A stretch of DNA of 64,000 nt from Octopus vulgaris (taxonomy: Eukaryota). Numbering within the stretch: the first letter of the stretch is position 1; each line of letters opens with the position of its first letter. The stretch covers positions 16,926,001 through 16,990,000 of the forward strand of contig OX597832.1 in assembly GCA_951406725.2 (NCBI GenBank), in the 5' to 3' direction. Positions 1 to 13,935 of the stretch are shown one piece after another. The position numbers and the translations under genes are program-made. Under the pieces are notes generated by a model. The model saw only the letters and a list, made by a program, of their open reading frames with translations, did not search any database and was not told where the DNA came from.

Positions 1-540
1 ACTTTTTTGCTACCGCATACAAAATTATCAACGCAAACGTGACAGTTTTATTGCAACCGCTCCTATGCTGACATGACTGACTCGTACTACCCTTTCTTCT
101 ACAACATCAGGTTATTTCACACTTTTGTTTTTTCTGCAGACGGCGCATTAAAATGACTGTGTCTATCCTAATTATGCGAAAAACTGAAGTGTTTTCAACA
201 TTTTTGTTTTAGCAAATGTCGGAAACAATTATAACAGTAAAACTTGCAGATTTTGTAAGAGTTGTTTATGGAACAACTTTAGGCCGAATATCTACCAAAC
301 TAGTTCTCAACCCAGGAATAACTGCAAGTACTGCAGTCTTTGTATATGATGAAGACACAAATCAAGACATAGAAATAATTCCGTGTTGAGACTGATGGCA
401 GCAGATTGGATTTCTGAACCAGTGATACTTATCCGCCTGACAAGAACTGAAATAAAAGCAAACTCTCAATTCTGATTAAATGAAGATAGAGCAAAGTACA
501 ACGGTTATACATTATCAATAAGAGGGAAACGACATATCCT

Positions 541-770
541 TTTGCCACTTCTGTCAGGTTAGTTGGGGATAATTTCAGCGCAGGCCATTCCGGGGTGAAT
601 CTCATTATTCAATTATAAGCAGACTCTCCAATCTGGTTAGATTAAGGTAGGACAAAGTATAACGATCAGACATTATTAAAAATACGGAAAATACATACTC
701 ATTTGCCACTTCTGCCAGTTTAGTCCGGGATAATTTCAACGCAGGCTATTCCGAGTTGAATCTCATTATT
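541..770. repeat. Diverged ~70-bp direct repeat (541-609 and 702-770)
   Basis: tttgccacttctgtcaggttagttggggataatttcagcgcaggccattccggggtgaatctcattatt recurs with substitutions at 702. Confidence 0.8.
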
Positions 771-1190
771 TACTCACGATTTCATTCTACTTATTAACCC
801 GGATGTCTGGTTCGAATCATTACTCAAATATATTGAAACAGTGTCGGTCCAGCTGTCTATAAAGCTTGCTTGGTATCATTTTCTTTTATAATCTAAACTC
901 TAAACCTACTTACTTTTACTGCTTACTGTGATCACTTGTTACATTTCTTTTACCTTTTAAGATTGCCCTGAAATCATTAATTTTAGTTGTGTCCAGCGAC
1001 ATCTTCGTGAAGTTGACATCATTTGTTCGGACGCTTTTTTCTACATCCCAGATCAGATCACAAACAATGCCCCGAGATACTTCAATGAATCAGTAGCAAT
1101 AATATACAGGAGCTCTTGGAAATAATTACTAATTTCTGATGTAGGTATAGAGTCACATATTTCATGGAGAGCGGAAAATTATATTTTACA

Positions 1191-1419
1191 CGACGAGCTG
1201 GCAGAAACGTTAGCACGCCGGGCGAAATGCTTAGCAGTATTTCGTCTGCCGCTACGTTCTGAGTTCAAATTCCGCCGAGGTTGACTTTGCCTTTCATCCT
1301 TTCGGGGTCGATTAAATAAGTACCAGTAAATCACTGGGGTCAATATAATCGACTTAATCCCCTTGTCTGTCCTTGCTTGTCCCCTCTATGTTTAGCCCAC
1401 TGTGGGCAATAGAAAAAAA
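1191..1419 (+). mobile_element. tRNA-derived SINE, family A (Nin-domain-like core), with target-site duplication
   Basis: Head gagctggcagaaacgttagc, B-box-like gagttcaaattcc, core gccgaggttgactttgcctttcatcctttcgggg. 15-bp TSD tatattttacacgac at 1180-1194 and 1420-1434. Confidence 0.85.
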
Positions 1420-1853
1420 TATATTTTACACGACTATTACACGTGTGTGTATCTCACATGCTTCTAGCAACTAAAAGGTACGGCAATGATCAAGGCTTCT
1501 ATTATAATCACATCAACAAACAGACGGTAGGAAATCATCTACAATGTCTAACCTAGCATTTACTACTGGTTGCCATTATTGACTTTTGAAAATTGACAGT
1601 CATTGCTAACTCGGGTAGTGTCGAGCCTAGACAAGAATGTATGTTAGCCACATAATTCAATTGCTTCCTCGTAGCTGTAGCGAGTCTACTATTAATAGCA
1701 TTAGTTTCCATAACAAACATCTTTTCTTTCTGGTACATAATGTGGTGATTAACAGGAAAGGCTAAAGTGCATCGCATATTTGTATTTAACCCTTGGCTCT
1801 CTGGTTTTGCAACATTTTTATTTAATTAAGAAGTTTTAACCATGATTTAGTAA

Positions 1854-2206
1854 AAGGCGAAGATCTGGCAGAATTTTTCGTATGCCGGACAAAATGTTTA
1901 GCGGCATTTCCTTTGTCTTTGAGAATTCAAATTCCACCGAGGTTGACTTATCCTTTTTTTTTCCTTTTCGGATATCGAGAAAAAGGGTACCAATTGACCC
2001 TTCCCTTGAAATTTCTGGCCTTATGCCAAAACTTGAAACCAATAACAATTTAGAAGAAGAAGAAGAAGAAGAAGAAGAAGAGGAGGAGGAAGAAGAAGAA
2101 GAAGAAGAAGAAGAAGAAGAGGAGGAAGAAGAAGAAGAAGAAGAAGAAGAAGAAGAAGAAGAAGAAGAAGAAGAAGAAGAAGAAGAAGAAGAAGAAGAAG
2201 AAGAAG

Positions 2207-2238
<32 letters not shown>

Positions 2239-2440
2239 GAGGAGGAGGTGGCGTCAAATCAAACTGTTATGACAGGTTACTCGACACTCCGATTTGGCTC
2301 CTGCCAACTGTGAATTCAAATGCCACCGAGGTTTACTTATCCTTTTATCCTTCTCGGAGATCCAGAAAATGGGTACCAATTGTCCCTTCCCTTGAAATCG
2401 CTGGCCTTGTGCCGAAACTTGAAAGCAATAACAATTTAGT
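1854..2440 (+). mobile_element. Two degenerate family-A SINE segments (1854-2052, 2312-2440) flanking a (GAA)n array; local duplication
   Basis: Both segments read gaattcaaat.ccaccgagg...aacttgaaa.caataacaatttag, including the same 3' flank. Confidence 0.7.
2052..2248. repeat. (GAA)n microsatellite
   Basis: Direct reading; it explains the poly-E and poly-L ORFs. Confidence 0.95.
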
Positions 2441-2873
2441 GAAGTCCTTTTATCATCTGCACTTTCCTGGAACAAGTGTGTGCCTCGTGCTTGAAGTAGA
2501 ATTGTGTTCTAGTTAAAGCGTTTACAGAAACGCACAGGTTGTTCAACTAAAATAAATTTGAGCTTTTTATTTTTCTCGCATTTTAAACAGTTTCATTAGT
2601 AGTATTATTATTGTGGTGGTGGTAGTCCTACAAGGCTTCTAGAACAAGAAAACAGATATCGAGAATAAGAGATATCCACCGCTAACCGACTACACTAAAA
2701 TGGAAGCTAGCTAGGAAAATTGTGTAACAATGATAATTGTTACATGATAATTGGCTTACGTTGTTGTATAATGGATTAGATTTGTAGATAATAATATCCA
2801 TTCTCTTCTTTTGTAATGAATGGAAAAATTCACGTAAAGTAACTGCTTTGCTCTATTGGAGTGGTGGAGGTGC

Positions 2874-2918
<45 letters not shown>

Positions 2919-3074
2919 TAGTAGTAGTAGCAACAGTAGCTGTTGTTGTTACTTAGCTCACGGTTGATAGCCATCGAGCTTAGTTATGAATCGAGCATAA
3001 TTATGAACGTGAGAGCGATGCCATATACATTACCTGCGTTTTTCAAATGCAAAACATCTCCTTACTCTCTCTCT

Positions 3075-3300
3075 TTTCACTCTTTTATTTGTTTCAGTCA
3101 TGTGACTGGACATGTTGGAGCACCGCCTTTAGTCGAGCAAATCGACCCCTGGACTTATTCTTTGTAAGCCTAGTCGGTCTCCTTTTGCCGAACCGCTAAT
3201 TTAAGGGGGTGTAAACACAATGGCATCGGTTCTCCAGCGATGTTCGAGGGACAAACACAGACACGCAAACATATGCACCCACATACATACATATATATAC

Positions 3301-3369
<69 letters not shown>

Positions 3370-3630
3370 ATAGAGGGCATTATTACACATAAATGCCTCA
3401 CACTAAGAGGGACATAAGTCATTACTACCAAAACTACACTAATCATACCTGATCATACCTCTTAGTGTGAGGCATTTATGCGTAATAATGCCCTCTATAC
3501 AATATAAATATAATTAATATGTTCAAAAGGAAAAAAATATTTTCGAATTATTTTCTCTTATGAGGTTTTTCGCGCTAACTACCTGATAATTTCTTGTTAA
3601 GATTCCTTATTAAGAAGTTATCCTTAATTG

Positions 3631-3667
<37 letters not shown>

Positions 3668-3838
3668 TTATATACGACGGGCTTCTTTCAGTTTCCGTCT
3701 ACCAAATACACTCACAAGGCATTGGTCGGCCGGAGGCCATAGTAGAAGACACTTTCCAAAGGTGCCACGTAGTGGGACTGAACTCGGAACCATGTGGGTC
3801 GTAAACAACCTACTTACTACACAGCCACTCCGACGCCT
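3075..3838 (-). mobile_element. Bipartite SINE family B (head 3672-3838, tail 3075-3265); its internal (TA)n linker holds a foldback insert
   Basis: Head and tail match the uninterrupted copy at 27341-27777. Confidence 0.8.
3362..3506. repeat. Inverted repeat, ~49-bp arms (3362-3410 and 3458-3506)
   Basis: tatattgtatagagggcattattacacataaatgcctcacactaagagg pairs with cctcttagtgtgaggcatttatgcgtaataatgccctctatacaatata, one mismatch. Confidence 0.9.
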
Positions 3839-5113
3839 AAGTAAAATATATTTTTTTAAATATGCTGTAATGCGTTTTGACTGTTATTTAAAGACCATAT
3901 AGTCTTTCTTTTTGAAACCTGAATTAATAAAGTTGCTGCTGTTGTTAATTTCGATGCGTGCGTAGTTGTCGTAGAGGTGGTGGTAGTGGCGGTGATAGTT
4001 GTGGTGTTTATATAGATTTATGGTTGTGGTTGTTCTGGCGTTTACGGTGATGATGATACTGATGGTAGAGTGCTGTAATTGGTTGCATCTTAATTCATTA
4101 AAAGCGAATCGTCGGCCATTTTCATTCAGATGTATATAAAGTAACATACGGCACAATGCTTTAAGTAGGTTCTAAGCACTAAATGGAAATTATAATCTTA
4201 TGCAACTTTATTGTAAGGAAAAGCAGATTTTACCATTCACAGTTCATACCTCTTGTGTGCTGTGAAATGCAAATAATTCGTTCTGAGCTAACGATTAGAG
4301 CACTATTTCCAAACATTTACCGAATATTTCTCCTTTTATTTAAATCGTAATTGGAATTCAAAGATATTTCCATTTCTAGGTCCATGGAATGCGACTGCGA
4401 AAACAGGAATCTTTGCAATATTGATTTAAATTAAAAGCTGAATTCATCCTCCCTTTCACTGCGAATAAAGTATTTACATACCCGCAGGCTGAAAACATGG
4501 CTGTTTTACTCATCCTGATTAGCCGGCAGTTCCTCCTTAAATCTCATACTACCGGCCCAAGTGGCAAAGAACTAATCAGATGACATTACCGTTCTTGACC
4601 TTAAAGAGATGGGATCAATATTGTTAAACCACCTTAGATTACACGTCTATTGGATTAAGGATTATCAAGGTTTAAAGAACAACATTAGCTTCTGTTATAA
4701 AAAGATTTGCATGAACATTGACAGAAATATGGCACGATATAATCCAATGGTGCAATCATCGTTTCCTCCATAGAATTTCTCTAACCATCTTTCCTGCATT
4801 ACAGAGAAGAGTAGATAGAAGTAATCAGGGACATCGTACAAGTGAAGCATTTCTGATTCAAGAAGAATGCCTCGATATGGTCCCTCGAATTGCTATAAAT
4901 AGTAAGACAATATTTCACAAATCACACATCACCAATAAGGTTTTGTGAGGAGGATATAGGAATGTTTTTTTTTTGTTTGTAAATACGGAGGAATTAATGT
5001 GGGTGGAGATTCACAGATATAGTCATTCGGTGACGAAGAGAGGCTAAAGTAGATTTGTGAAGATTTTTAACAATATAAAATTTCCACCTAAATCATGAGT
5101 CGATTTTTTTAGT

Positions 5114-5678
5114 AAAGAAGAAGAACAACAACAACAAGAGGAAGAAGAAGAAGAAGAAGAAGAAGAAGAAGAAGAAGAAGAAGAAGAAGAGAAACAACAA
5201 CAACAGCAACAACAAGGAGAAGGAGAAGGAGAAGAAGAAGAAGAAGAAGAAGAAGAGAAACAACAACAACAACAACAAGGAGAAGGAGAAGGAGAAGAAG
5301 AAGAAGAAGAAGAAGAAGAAGAAGAAGAGAAACAACAACAACAACAACAACAACAAGGAGAAGGAGAAGAAGAAGAAGAAGAAGAAGAAGAAGAAGAAAA
5401 GGAAGAAAAGGAAGAAGGAGAAGAAGAAGAGAAACAACAACAACAACAACAACAAGGAGAAGGAGGAGAAGAAGAAGAAGAAGAAGAAGAAGAAGAAAAG
5501 GAAGAAAAGGAAGAAGGAGAAGAAGACGAAGAAGAAGAAGAAGAAAAGAAGAAGAAAAGAAGAAGAAGAAGAAGAAGAAAAAGAAGAAGAAGAAGAAGTA
5601 GAAAAAGAAGAAGAAGAAGAAGAAGAAGAAGAAGAAGAAGAAGAAGAAGGAGAAGAAGAAGAAGAAGAAGAAGAAGAC
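5114..5678. repeat. Compound (GAA)/(CAA)/(GGA) array with higher-order duplication
   Basis: The block (gaa)n-gaaa-(caa)n-ggagaaggag is reiterated several times. Confidence 0.9.
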
Positions 5679-6326
5679 CATCGCAACAAAAGCAATAATA
5701 ATAACTGGCTTTTAAAATATCTGTGTCTTCGTATTTTCTCCAATAATACTGATTAAGATCAGCCTCTCCCAAATTCTTTAGCCGCCTGTAAATGACAGTC
5801 GAGTTTGCCACGGTAAGAACTGTGTGATTCTTAAACTAGGGAAAACAGATATGACATATCATAATAAGACATCTATTTCTCAATAAGCACATTTTGATCA
5901 CAGCTAGAACGCCTTAGATTATAAGTCTGCATAATATGGGATAATCTGTGGCTAAATAATAGCATCAATATGAAAAACAACACGATATATCTAAAGACAT
6001 TGGTAGAAAATGTGTGTAATCGATCAATGTTTGGCAGCAAGTTTTGTTTATCAAATCACATCGATCTACTAAGAAAACAATACCTAAAATCACGACAATG
6101 TGACTTTGCATTATATAACTCTTGACATATGTGAATAAAAGATGCAATCTTCACGGGAGGAGCGACTTTGATCATGAGATTGTCATGGTGTTAAGTAACA
6201 CCAACAACCTCTTGCCATACCTCCATCACTCAAAGAAATCCATGATTTACTCGTTGCACCAACCCTTCTTGTGTACAAACACAGCCAGTGTCATTCAATA
6301 TATTTTATGCGCAAATATTTTTTTTA

Positions 6327-6374
6327 AGGCGTAAGAGTGGCTGTGTGGTAAGTAGCTTGCTGACGAACCACATG
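6327..6374 (+). mobile_element. 5' fragment of SINE family B
   Basis: ggcgtaagagtggctgtgtggtaagtagcttgctgacgaaccacatgg matches the family-B head. Confidence 0.65.
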
Positions 6375-6506
6375 GCAAAGAATCTTGGAGAAATGGGGAC
6401 CAACTGGGACACTCTTCCGAAGATTGTCCGGGACGCCTCGAGCAAGTACTGACAAATGGTTCACGTACACCTTACCTAACCAGACCCCTTCTTCCAGACA
6501 CAGCGA

Positions 6507-6544
6507 GTTGTTGCTGCTATTGTTGCTGCTGCTGCTGCTGCTGA

Positions 6545-6586
<42 letters not shown>

Positions 6587-6800
6587 AACTGCTGCTGTTG
6601 CTACTGCTGCTGCTACTACTATTAATACTACTGTCACTAACAAAATGACAACTACTATCACTAACAAAACAAATACTACTATTATTATGACCACCACCTA
6701 CACTACTACTACTACTACTACTACTAATACTACTACTGTGAACTACTATTAATACTATTGCTGCTGCTACCACAATTACTATCACCAACAGTACTAATAA
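6507..6800. repeat. (CTA)/(CTG) triplet low-complexity tract
   Basis: Direct reading. Confidence 0.9.
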
Positions 6801-7553
6801 CAGAAGTGTAATTCTACTAGAACGAATACTTTATTATTATCAGAATAATTGTTAAGCTAGGCCCTCCACCCCTCGTTTCATAGTGTTAATCCTTATATGT
6901 AACACAACATAGTAAAACCGAATGGAATTCCTCATATTTGGAAACGAAATTTCGATTCAATATCATTTCCTCCTTCTATTATGTTATAAAAGCACGTACA
7001 GTTTCCGCCTTGAAGTTTACAAACTTTTCAGCACAACTGTTCGTTTTGTTCTACTTAAATAGATTCACTCTGTTTAGTTGAATAACATAACATGGCGGTT
7101 TTATCCTTACACCATAGCCATCGCCAGTCAGTCTGTTTCAGTTTCTTACTGGCTTTTGTGTTCTCCAGTCACCCTCAGCATCGTGGCTGCAAGTATCATC
7201 ATGATGACCATGATCATTTCTGTAATTATTGCATTCGTTATTACAGAAACCGTTGTTCTAGTTCCTCTCTTGTACTTTCTGTTGTCGTTGTGTCGTTCAT
7301 GTTGTGTGTTTTTGTTTGTTTACGACTATATAGTTTAATGAAAGACATTTACTGGATACATCCTCTCTCTTTGAAGCTATAAACCTGCGTTAGTATGAGA
7401 ATTATCACGAAATACAGGATATGTTGGTCGCCATGTTCAAACGCATCATGTTAGTGCATGCATAAGTGTACGTATTTCTGTATACAGTTGCGTCTGCGGG
7501 AGTGTGTGAGCATAATATATACATATTAAACACATACATACAGACATACTTAC

Positions 7554-7615
<62 letters not shown>

Positions 7616-7866
7616 CATGTATGTACCTCTATGATTTCATAGTGGTTTTGTAACATCAAGTTTGACGTTATCCGTGTGGAAACAACCATTGTGCACAGCG
7701 TCGACAAAAAGATTCAGAGCAGTATACGGGTGAATGTACGTGTGTAAGCATGTATGTATTGATGTCTGTTTACGTAGACAGGCAACTTGTTAATTCAAAA
7801 TGTACATATATGTACGGGTATTTGTGTGTGTGTGAGTATATATATATATGCATATCCATCTATCTA

Positions 7867-7934
<68 letters not shown>

Positions 7935-7980
7935 CATACACACATATATTTATATATATGTATTTATAATATATATATAT

Positions 7981-8055
<75 letters not shown>

Positions 8056-8142
8056 CACACATGAATACATAGATATACATATATATATATATACATATAT
8101 GATATGTATGCGTGTATGTTCACTGCCAGCATGTATATATGC

Positions 8143-8207
<65 letters not shown>

Positions 8208-9671
8208 TTGTTTGTGTGTACACTTTGAAATAACAAGTTACCTGTCTATCTATCATGTGTGTATAGGTTCACTGCCAGCATGTATGTATGTGTGCATGCA
8301 TATATATATATATATATATATATATTCATGGATGTATACATGCACACATACATACATGCTGTAACTGAAACCTATACACACATGATATCTCTATATTTAC
8401 ACTGAGACTGCGTTGAATGATGAACATCGAATTTAATCGAAAATGATCATGCTGCGAATAAATACGTTTGTTTATAAATTAATTACGATACTACAGACAT
8501 AATACAATGTAGGATGTGATATAGTATAACATAATACAATATAATATATTATAATGTATAATAGAATATAGAAGAGAATGCCTTACATAAGAACAGAATA
8601 TAATGAAATAGGATATTATAATATATTATATTATTCTATTGTATTCTACTGTATTGTGTTATCTAGTATAATATATTATAACCTTTTCAAACAGAAATTT
8701 CCGTGTCTTATTTGAAGCCTGTATTGTTGAATCGAGTCGCTTACAGCTTACGCCATTCATTGTATTTGCAACACAATATATGTATTCGTTTGTTCAACTG
8801 CTGTGTGTTTGCGACTATATTTTGAATATGCGTATGTATATGGATGTATCTAGGTGTGTATATTTGCGTGTATGTGTATATTTTGTAAATATATATATAT
8901 GGTGGTATGTGTTTGTGTATTTATATATGTCGTATGTTAGTAAGCATCGTTATTCAAACACTCACATATATTCATGGGGCTTAATCTTGAATACATGCAG
9001 AGTCGTGTGTATATGAAACAATGCTTGTATACATACACTCAGTTGTGTGTGTATTTATATCTGTATGCGTGTGGGGGTGCATGTGAGTATGTTTGTGTGT
9101 ATGTGTGTGCCTCTTTGTATATACAAGTATTCTTAAAGCGAGTAGTGTTATAACTTGATTTAAAGAACACACCTGAATTCAGCTTGAAGTTTCAAACGTT
9201 CTCTTGGATTTTAGCACTATACCGAGGCTTCGAGAAGATACCTATGTTCAATGCTGTTACAACGGTGACAAATACAAACGTATATGTCCCATTTATTGTA
9301 CATACTTGTTCACAGTTTAGTTTACTGAAATATATTTTGGAAAATTTTCAGGTATTTCTACTTCAATGCTTCGAGTTCTGTCGAGAGGTACGGTCTTAGG
9401 ACTTGTATTGTAAACTGAATAAATTATAGCTATGAGTTAAAGAAAGACTTCTGAAGAACATACGGCAAAAGGAGGATAGAATTTATACTAGTTCAATGTA
9501 AATACAAGAGAGCAGTGCTTATGTGATTCTAGAATTATTTAACAATGAGAAGATTTAAGCTACATACTCAGGTGAAAAATGTCTGTGTTAAATTCTGCAT
9601 TATTTTAAAGGATCTTATGCGTTTGTAAATAATCTATGTAAGTAATCTATGCATTAATGCATGTAACTCAC

Positions 9672-9729
<58 letters not shown>

Positions 9730-9731
9730 CA

Positions 9732-9784
<53 letters not shown>

Positions 9785-9860
9785 GTTATTGTTGTTATTA
9801 TTATCATTATTATTATAATTATTATTATAATAATTATTATTATTATTATTATTATTATTA
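9672..9860. repeat. (TAA)n microsatellite abutting the 3' end of an R4/Dong-like LINE
   Basis: Direct reading. Confidence 0.95.
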
Positions 9861-10860
9861 TGTGTTTGACTTTTGCTTTGTATTCGTACAAGTTGGCTCC
9901 AAGTCTCACCTACATACCTCAAGAGACAAGCTAGAAGTTAATGTTGGTGATATACCTAGGGTGACATATGTTTGGTTTTTACATAGTATTGTTCTACAGA
10001 ATGTTTAAGAAAACATAAGAAAATTATGAGATTCTCCTAAAATTTGAGCATATATAGACTGTATTTTATGTAGCATATGGGCAGTTCCCATGAGCACTAT
10101 CTGTTGAATTTCCTGGTGTCTGAGCTAGGTAGCAATCGGCCACTTTTGCCATCATTCCTAGGGGACCTACAACAGGTATTCTTTTAGTCTTCAGGTTCCA
10201 CATTTTACCAATTTCTAATTCAAGATCGTTATACTTGCTCAGTTTATGGTAGGTATTCACAGATGCATTTATATCGATTGTGACGGTCATATCAATGACA
10301 AAGCATGATTTCTGTCTGTCCTATTTCTGTCAATTTGAAAGGTGAAGTTCCAGAGGAGGTGGTATGTATTTCCACCAGTTTTTTATGATGGGGCAAGTCC
10401 AGGTTTTTAGAAATTACCCAGTGAATATATTGTGCAACTCTATCATACCTGTTGAGATACTTTCTAGGAGCAAGAAGACTGCACATGGAGACAACATCAT
10501 CAATAGTTTCGCATTGTTGTTGACGTACACAACATGTTGGGGAGCTGCCGCTCTTTAATATATTGGCCTGGTAGTTTCTTGTAGGTAGGCATTGATATTG
10601 GTCTGCTTTGATAAGCGCTTCTGTTTCTGGTTTTAAGCCAGAAGCCATTAACCATTGATGAGTACGGGCTTTGTCAACATCGACATAATTAGCTCTCTTT
10701 TGGTATTTGCCATAGAGAGGTTTTTCTTGCCATTTATCAATACGAATATCTAAGGCAGCAGTTTTAGCACGGGTTTTCATACGTTTAGCTGTTTCTGTGC
10801 TCGTTTCTAGTAAGTGTAATTTTGATGTTTGTTGTATTTGGAATTGACTTATATATTCCT
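9861..10860 (-). mobile_element. R4/Dong-clade non-LTR retrotransposon 3' fragment (zinc knuckle, restriction-like endonuclease, 3' UTR), frameshifted
   Basis: ORFs 10292-10780 (WQEKPLYGKY...GLKPETEALI...TCCVRQQQCETIDDVVSMC...RYDRVAQYIHW) and 10066-10290 (KLSKYNDLELEIGKMWNLKTKRIPVVGPLG) are typical of RLE-type LINEs. The 3' end runs into (TAA)n. Confidence 0.85.
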
Positions 10861-11466
10861 TTTTGGAATTGACTTATATATTCCTGACATCAGACGAATA
10901 TCCCGATCTGTATTTCTACTTGTGGTTTAGGGTTCTCTAGCTAAGTCTAGTGAATCCTAAACCCCGAACCTACGTCTCATTTATTCTTCCTCGCCATTTA
11001 TTTTGCTTTCTTTCTTCATCCTTTTTTTATCCTTAATGTATCTTAGGTCCTTTCCCACTGCTCTAACATTACTATAATAAAAAATCACCTACACCCAACT
11101 CCAGCTTATCTAAGAACTCGTCTAACAGACTTTTTTCGCACCTTGGCCGCTAACCTTATATTTCCTCTTACTCTCTTTCACAAGCTATATCCTTAACTTC
11201 AACAGCGAACTCTGTTGGTCATTCTCCCATTTTATATTTAGCCCGAATAGACTCCACTCACGCCCTTGCTGTATTCTTTTGATATTCTTTTATTTACACA
11301 ATTACGTTTCATCTAAAGGTTACAGTTTGTGTAATGGAGTAATATTCTAATTCTTCTATTAAAATATGTGTATGAAACATATGTAATGAGTTGACGATTA
11401 TCCCTCGTATGACATATACACATCATTTTATTAGAATATAATACAATTCTGAACAATATCAATCTC

Positions 11467-11577
11467 AATTTCATCTACAGCTGTTTCCATGCCCAAGTGA
11501 ATTAATTTGAGAAATTAAATTAAGTTAAATTTCCATATTGAATATCATAAATTGGGAATTTCTTCAGGGAGAGAATT
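11467..11577 (-). ncRNA. Degenerate type I hammerhead ribozyme motif
   Basis: Minus strand: CUGAAGA (11567-11561), stem II attcccaa/ttgggcat with a mismatch, GAAA, CAGCUG, UA. Stem I is poorly paired. Confidence 0.5.
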
Positions 11578-11934
11578 TGAAAGAGAGGAGCTACATTCCG
11601 ATGTATTGCTTGACCCTTGATAGACTTAGATATCAGCGTTTCAGCAATTAATGCATTTGAAAATTAAAAGCAGTTACTTATGTATTTGTAATGCAAAGTT
11701 GTTTAATGCATTTGTGTGTGTGCCTGTGTAATAAGTTGAGAAACCAAAAACAAATATTCGTCAGTTAGTTTGAACGATATTTCGATACGAGTACTTTAAA
11801 CTAGAAGCCAAAAAAACAATTTTTCATAAATTGCACTATCGCTTATGATAGATCGAAATGTCATTAAAGTATTTAATCACTTAAGAAATTTAATTATAAG
11901 TCACCCATTTGCAATCTAGAAATTAAATAACAAA

Positions 11935-11987
<53 letters not shown>

Positions 11988-12014
11988 GTTGTTAATAATA
12001 ATAATAATAATAAT

Positions 12015-12392
12015 TGTGTACAGTGCTCAGGTGCACTACAACTCATCTAAAGTGTATATATAATCAGGTGTAGTTTCGGCGGATTTCGGAAAGCATGAGG
12101 GCCTTAAAAGATGCAGTGTCATGGCAGTCAACAACTGACGCAGGCAGTTTATTCCATGCTTCAGCAACTCTGAGCGTGAAAAAATGTTTCCGAAAGTCAT
12201 GGGAGCTGTATTGTTTTCTGACTTTGTAGGCATGTCCACGTGTGTTAGACACATGGAGATCAAAAAGGTGTTCAGTGTTGTTGTTGGTGAGGTGGTTGAT
12301 AACTTTGTGGGTGTTTACCAAGTCCGTCGCCAAACGCCGGAGCTTCAGTGAATCCATGCCCAGGGAAACAAGGCGCTCAGAATATGGTAGGT
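12015..12392 (-). mobile_element. CR1-group LINE 3' end between (TAA)n tracts
   Basis: ORF 12064-12357 SLKLRRLATDLVNTHKV...TRGHAYKV...RKHFFTLRVAEAWNKLP is the typical CR1 ORF2 C-terminus. Confidence 0.85.
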
Positions 12393-12399
12393 GTTGCTG

Positions 12400-12434
<35 letters not shown>

Positions 12435-12471
12435 GTTGTTGTTGTTGTTAGTATTATTATTAGTATTATTG

Positions 12472-12534
<63 letters not shown>

Positions 12535-12999
12535 TTTAAAACCAGAGTTACTTATATGTAATATTTACTTTACATGTCTCTGCGCGCGTGAGCTAATCTT
12601 TTGAAAGCTATGCTGAAAGATGATTAACGAAAACTGCTTAGTAATTACTAAAGGTGAATATTATGTCAACAATATTCGAACATAATGTATTTGTTTACAT
12701 AATACATTATGAACAGATAGACACGAGCCTATTCGAATAAAGTACTAACATTAACATATCAAAATTAGTTAACTACAAATTAAACAATTATTGAATTAAT
12801 TCTTAGTATTTTAACTTAATATTCCCAACTATTTTCTAAAAATATATTGCTAAGATACATACTTAAATTAAGATACGTTTAAATTTTATAAAATACATCT
12901 ACCTGTAAATAAAACCTTATGGTCATATTCATTTTATATTTTACGATTAATATATCTACCAAGAATTACTTAATCTTTATAGTTATAATTGTTAGTATA

Positions 13000-13498
13000 T
13001 CAATGACATGCATAAGATCTGGTCATCAAATCTAAGTAGAGACCTCAAACTTGAAATCTTCAAAGCCACAGTCGAACCAATTCTACTATATGGCTCAGAA
13101 ACTTGGACGTTGTCAAAGAAGCTTGAGAGGCGGTTGGATGGAACCTACACTCGCCTCCTTATGAGAGCTCAAAATCTCTCGTGGAAGCGCCATCCAACCA
13201 AAATGCAAATATATGGGAAACTACCACCTGTGTCATCTCTTGTGAAAGGTAGGAGAGTCCAGTTTGCTGGACATTGTTGTAGAGCTGAAAAAGAAGTAAT
13301 TTCTACTCTTCTCCTCTGGAAGCCATCTACTCGCAATACCAGAGGGCGCACACTCTCCTACCCTGATGTAATCTCCAGGGATACAGGCATCCAACAACAG
13401 GACCTCCGTAATGCCATGATGGACCGTGAAGTCTGGCGTAGCATGGTAAATTCCATTGCCTCGACCACGGTCGAACAATGATGGTGAATGATGATGAT
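13000..13498 (+). mobile_element. RTE-clade LINE 3' end with (TGA)n tail
   Basis: ORF 13008-13481 KIWSSNLSRDLKLEIFKATVEPILLYGSETWTL...FAGHC...AMMDREVWR, followed by tgatggtgaatgatgatga. Confidence 0.85.
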
Positions 13499-13721
13499 TA
13501 TATCAATGTTGACATGCAGTCTAAATTTAACATTGCATTTAACGGTAGTTTTTGAAACATGTTTATAGGCGTGAACACAGGGTTTCCCACTCTCCCTCCT
13601 CGTGTTAATGAATGTGTGTTTGGAATTTAAAATTTGGTACAACTTTTCTGTGCAAAAGAAATTTACTGGTAATCTTAATTTAAGGATATTACGTAGTAAT
13701 TCAATAATAGCTTAATTTGTA

Positions 13722-13935
13722 GGCGGCGAAGTGGCAGAATCGTTAGCACGCCGGGGTAAAATGCTTTGCAGTATTTCGTCTGCCGCTACGTTCTGAGTTC
13801 AAATTCCGCCGAGGGCAACTTTGCCTTTCATCCTTTCGGGGTCGATAAATTAAGTACCAATTGCGTACTTGGGATCGATGTAATCGTCTGGCTCCCTCCC
13901 ACAAGATTTCGGGCCCCTGTGCCTAGAGTAGAAAA
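13722..13935 (+). mobile_element. SINE family A
   Basis: ggcggcgaagtggcagaatcgttagc...gagttcaaattccgccgagg...ctttgcctttcatcctttcgggg. Confidence 0.85.

Noticed and set aside
1882-2313. 143-aa poly-Glu ORF
   Set aside because: It is SINE sequence read into a (GAA)n array, with no evidence of a real gene.
4511-4582. Short inverted repeat catcctgattag / ctaatcagatg
   Set aside because: An 11-bp imperfect match is plausible by chance in 64 kb.
5044-5811. Long poly-S, poly-L and poly-F ORFs (also 42571-43284)
   Set aside because: Stop-free translations of triplet microsatellites.
10923-10980. Hairpin ggtttagggttc...gaatcctaaacc followed by gaacctacgtc
   Set aside because: It resembles a decayed stem II plus GAAAC..GUC but lacks the 5' core and stem I; too degenerate to call.
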